A stretch of 64,000 nucleotides of DNA. Source: an uncultured Sedimentitalea sp. Lineage in GTDB: Bacteria; Pseudomonadota; Alphaproteobacteria; Rhodobacterales; Rhodobacteraceae. The notes below the pieces were generated by a model, which did no database searches, had not been told where the DNA came from, and worked only from the letters and a program-made list of their open reading frames with translations. A program made the translations under genes and the position numbers. Position 1 is the first letter of the stretch; each line of letters begins with the position of its first letter. Below, in pieces: positions 63,807 to 64,000 of this stretch. The DNA lies in assembly GCA_947504115.1 (NCBI GenBank), contig CANNGH010000007.1, positions 61,904 to 125,903 on the forward strand, written 5' to 3'.

Positions 63807-64000
63807 ATGAAAGATTACGATTCCAAAGGCATCCCGCACACCACGCCGCGTTACTCCGCCACGTTCTCGCCGGACGCCAACAGCGACATCCGTCGCGCGG
63901 CAGCGACCGGCATCTACGACATCCGTGGTGGCGGCGCCAAGCGCAAGGTCCCGAACTTCGACGACCTGCTGTTCCTCGGCGCCTCGATTTCGCGCTATGC
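63807..64000 (+). CDS. mgsC: N-methylglutamate synthase subunit C (FMN-dependent glutamate-synthase central-domain type), 5' part only
   Basis: Not in the ORF track because it is truncated by the window end. ATG 63807 follows AAGGA and gives MKDYDSKGIPHTTPRYSATFSPDANSDIRRAAATGIYDIRGGGAKRKVPNFDDLLFLGASISRY. The DDLLFLGAS.SRY block is typical of this family. Confidence 0.75.
   Translation, partial: MKDYDSKGIPHTTPRYSATFSPDANSDIRRAAATGIYDIRGGGAKRKVPNFDDLLFLGASISRY

Noticed and set aside
1-64000. Search for rRNA, tRNA, CRISPR arrays, transposases, integrases, toxin-antitoxin pairs or phage-defence genes
   Set aside because: No cloverleaf-like sequences appear in the intergenic gaps. There are no regularly spaced direct repeats and no ORF with recombinase, transposase or defence-system signatures. 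The only repeated DNA I could see is the two-copy REP-like element. This was a by-eye scan only, so tRNAscan-SE, Infernal and an all-vs-all dot plot should confirm it.

Overview
High-GC (G+C judged by eye, not computed) chromosomal segment whose proteins look alphaproteobacterial and Rhodobacterales-like. I support about 58 protein-coding genes. I found no rRNA, tRNA, CRISPR array, transposase or integrase. In this GC range the ORF track contains many very long antisense ORFs, which I rejected, and many real genes carry spurious N-terminal extensions, which I trimmed where the sequence allowed.

Left part (1-35.8 kb), mostly housekeeping:
- clpP (5' part) and a BKACE enzyme
- a six-gene group-2 Mrp/Pha cation/H+ antiporter operon with a fused A/B subunit
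- a selenium module: DUF302, an FAD-oxidoreductase::SelD fusion and tRNA 2-selenouridine synthase
- DUF952, pyrD, arsC and a MATE exporter
- a fatty-acid beta-oxidation unit: 2 PaaI thioesterases, 2 MerR regulators, acyl-CoA dehydrogenase, thiolase and a FadB-type enzyme
- a sulfotransferase and an acyl-CoA synthetase
- a small AT-rich islet holding an orphan secreted protein
- upp, maeB, prpE, an amidase, nadK and glyA

Right part (35.8-64 kb), a methylated-amine catabolic island:
- tmm (TMA monooxygenase), tdm (TMAO demethylase) and dmmDABC (dimethylamine monooxygenase)
- a SoxBDAG/MgdABCD-type heterotetrameric oxidase
- an APC permease and mgsABC (N-methylglutamate synthase, cut by the window end)
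- LysR, GntR, GlxA/AraC and XRE-cupin regulators

The most unusual item lies between tmm and tdm. It is a LIV-type ABC importer whose exported binding protein has a second full-length paralogue lacking any export signal, placed stop-to-stop with a GntR regulator. I read this as a candidate AmiC-like cytoplasmic ligand sensor plus an uncharacterised uptake system.

Other observations:
- a ~66-nt REP-like intergenic element present twice in inverted orientation
- a 17-codon Lys/Pro-rich micro-ORF with its own SD and a canonical terminator
- an intra-operon terminator between dmmD and dmmA
- candidate operators
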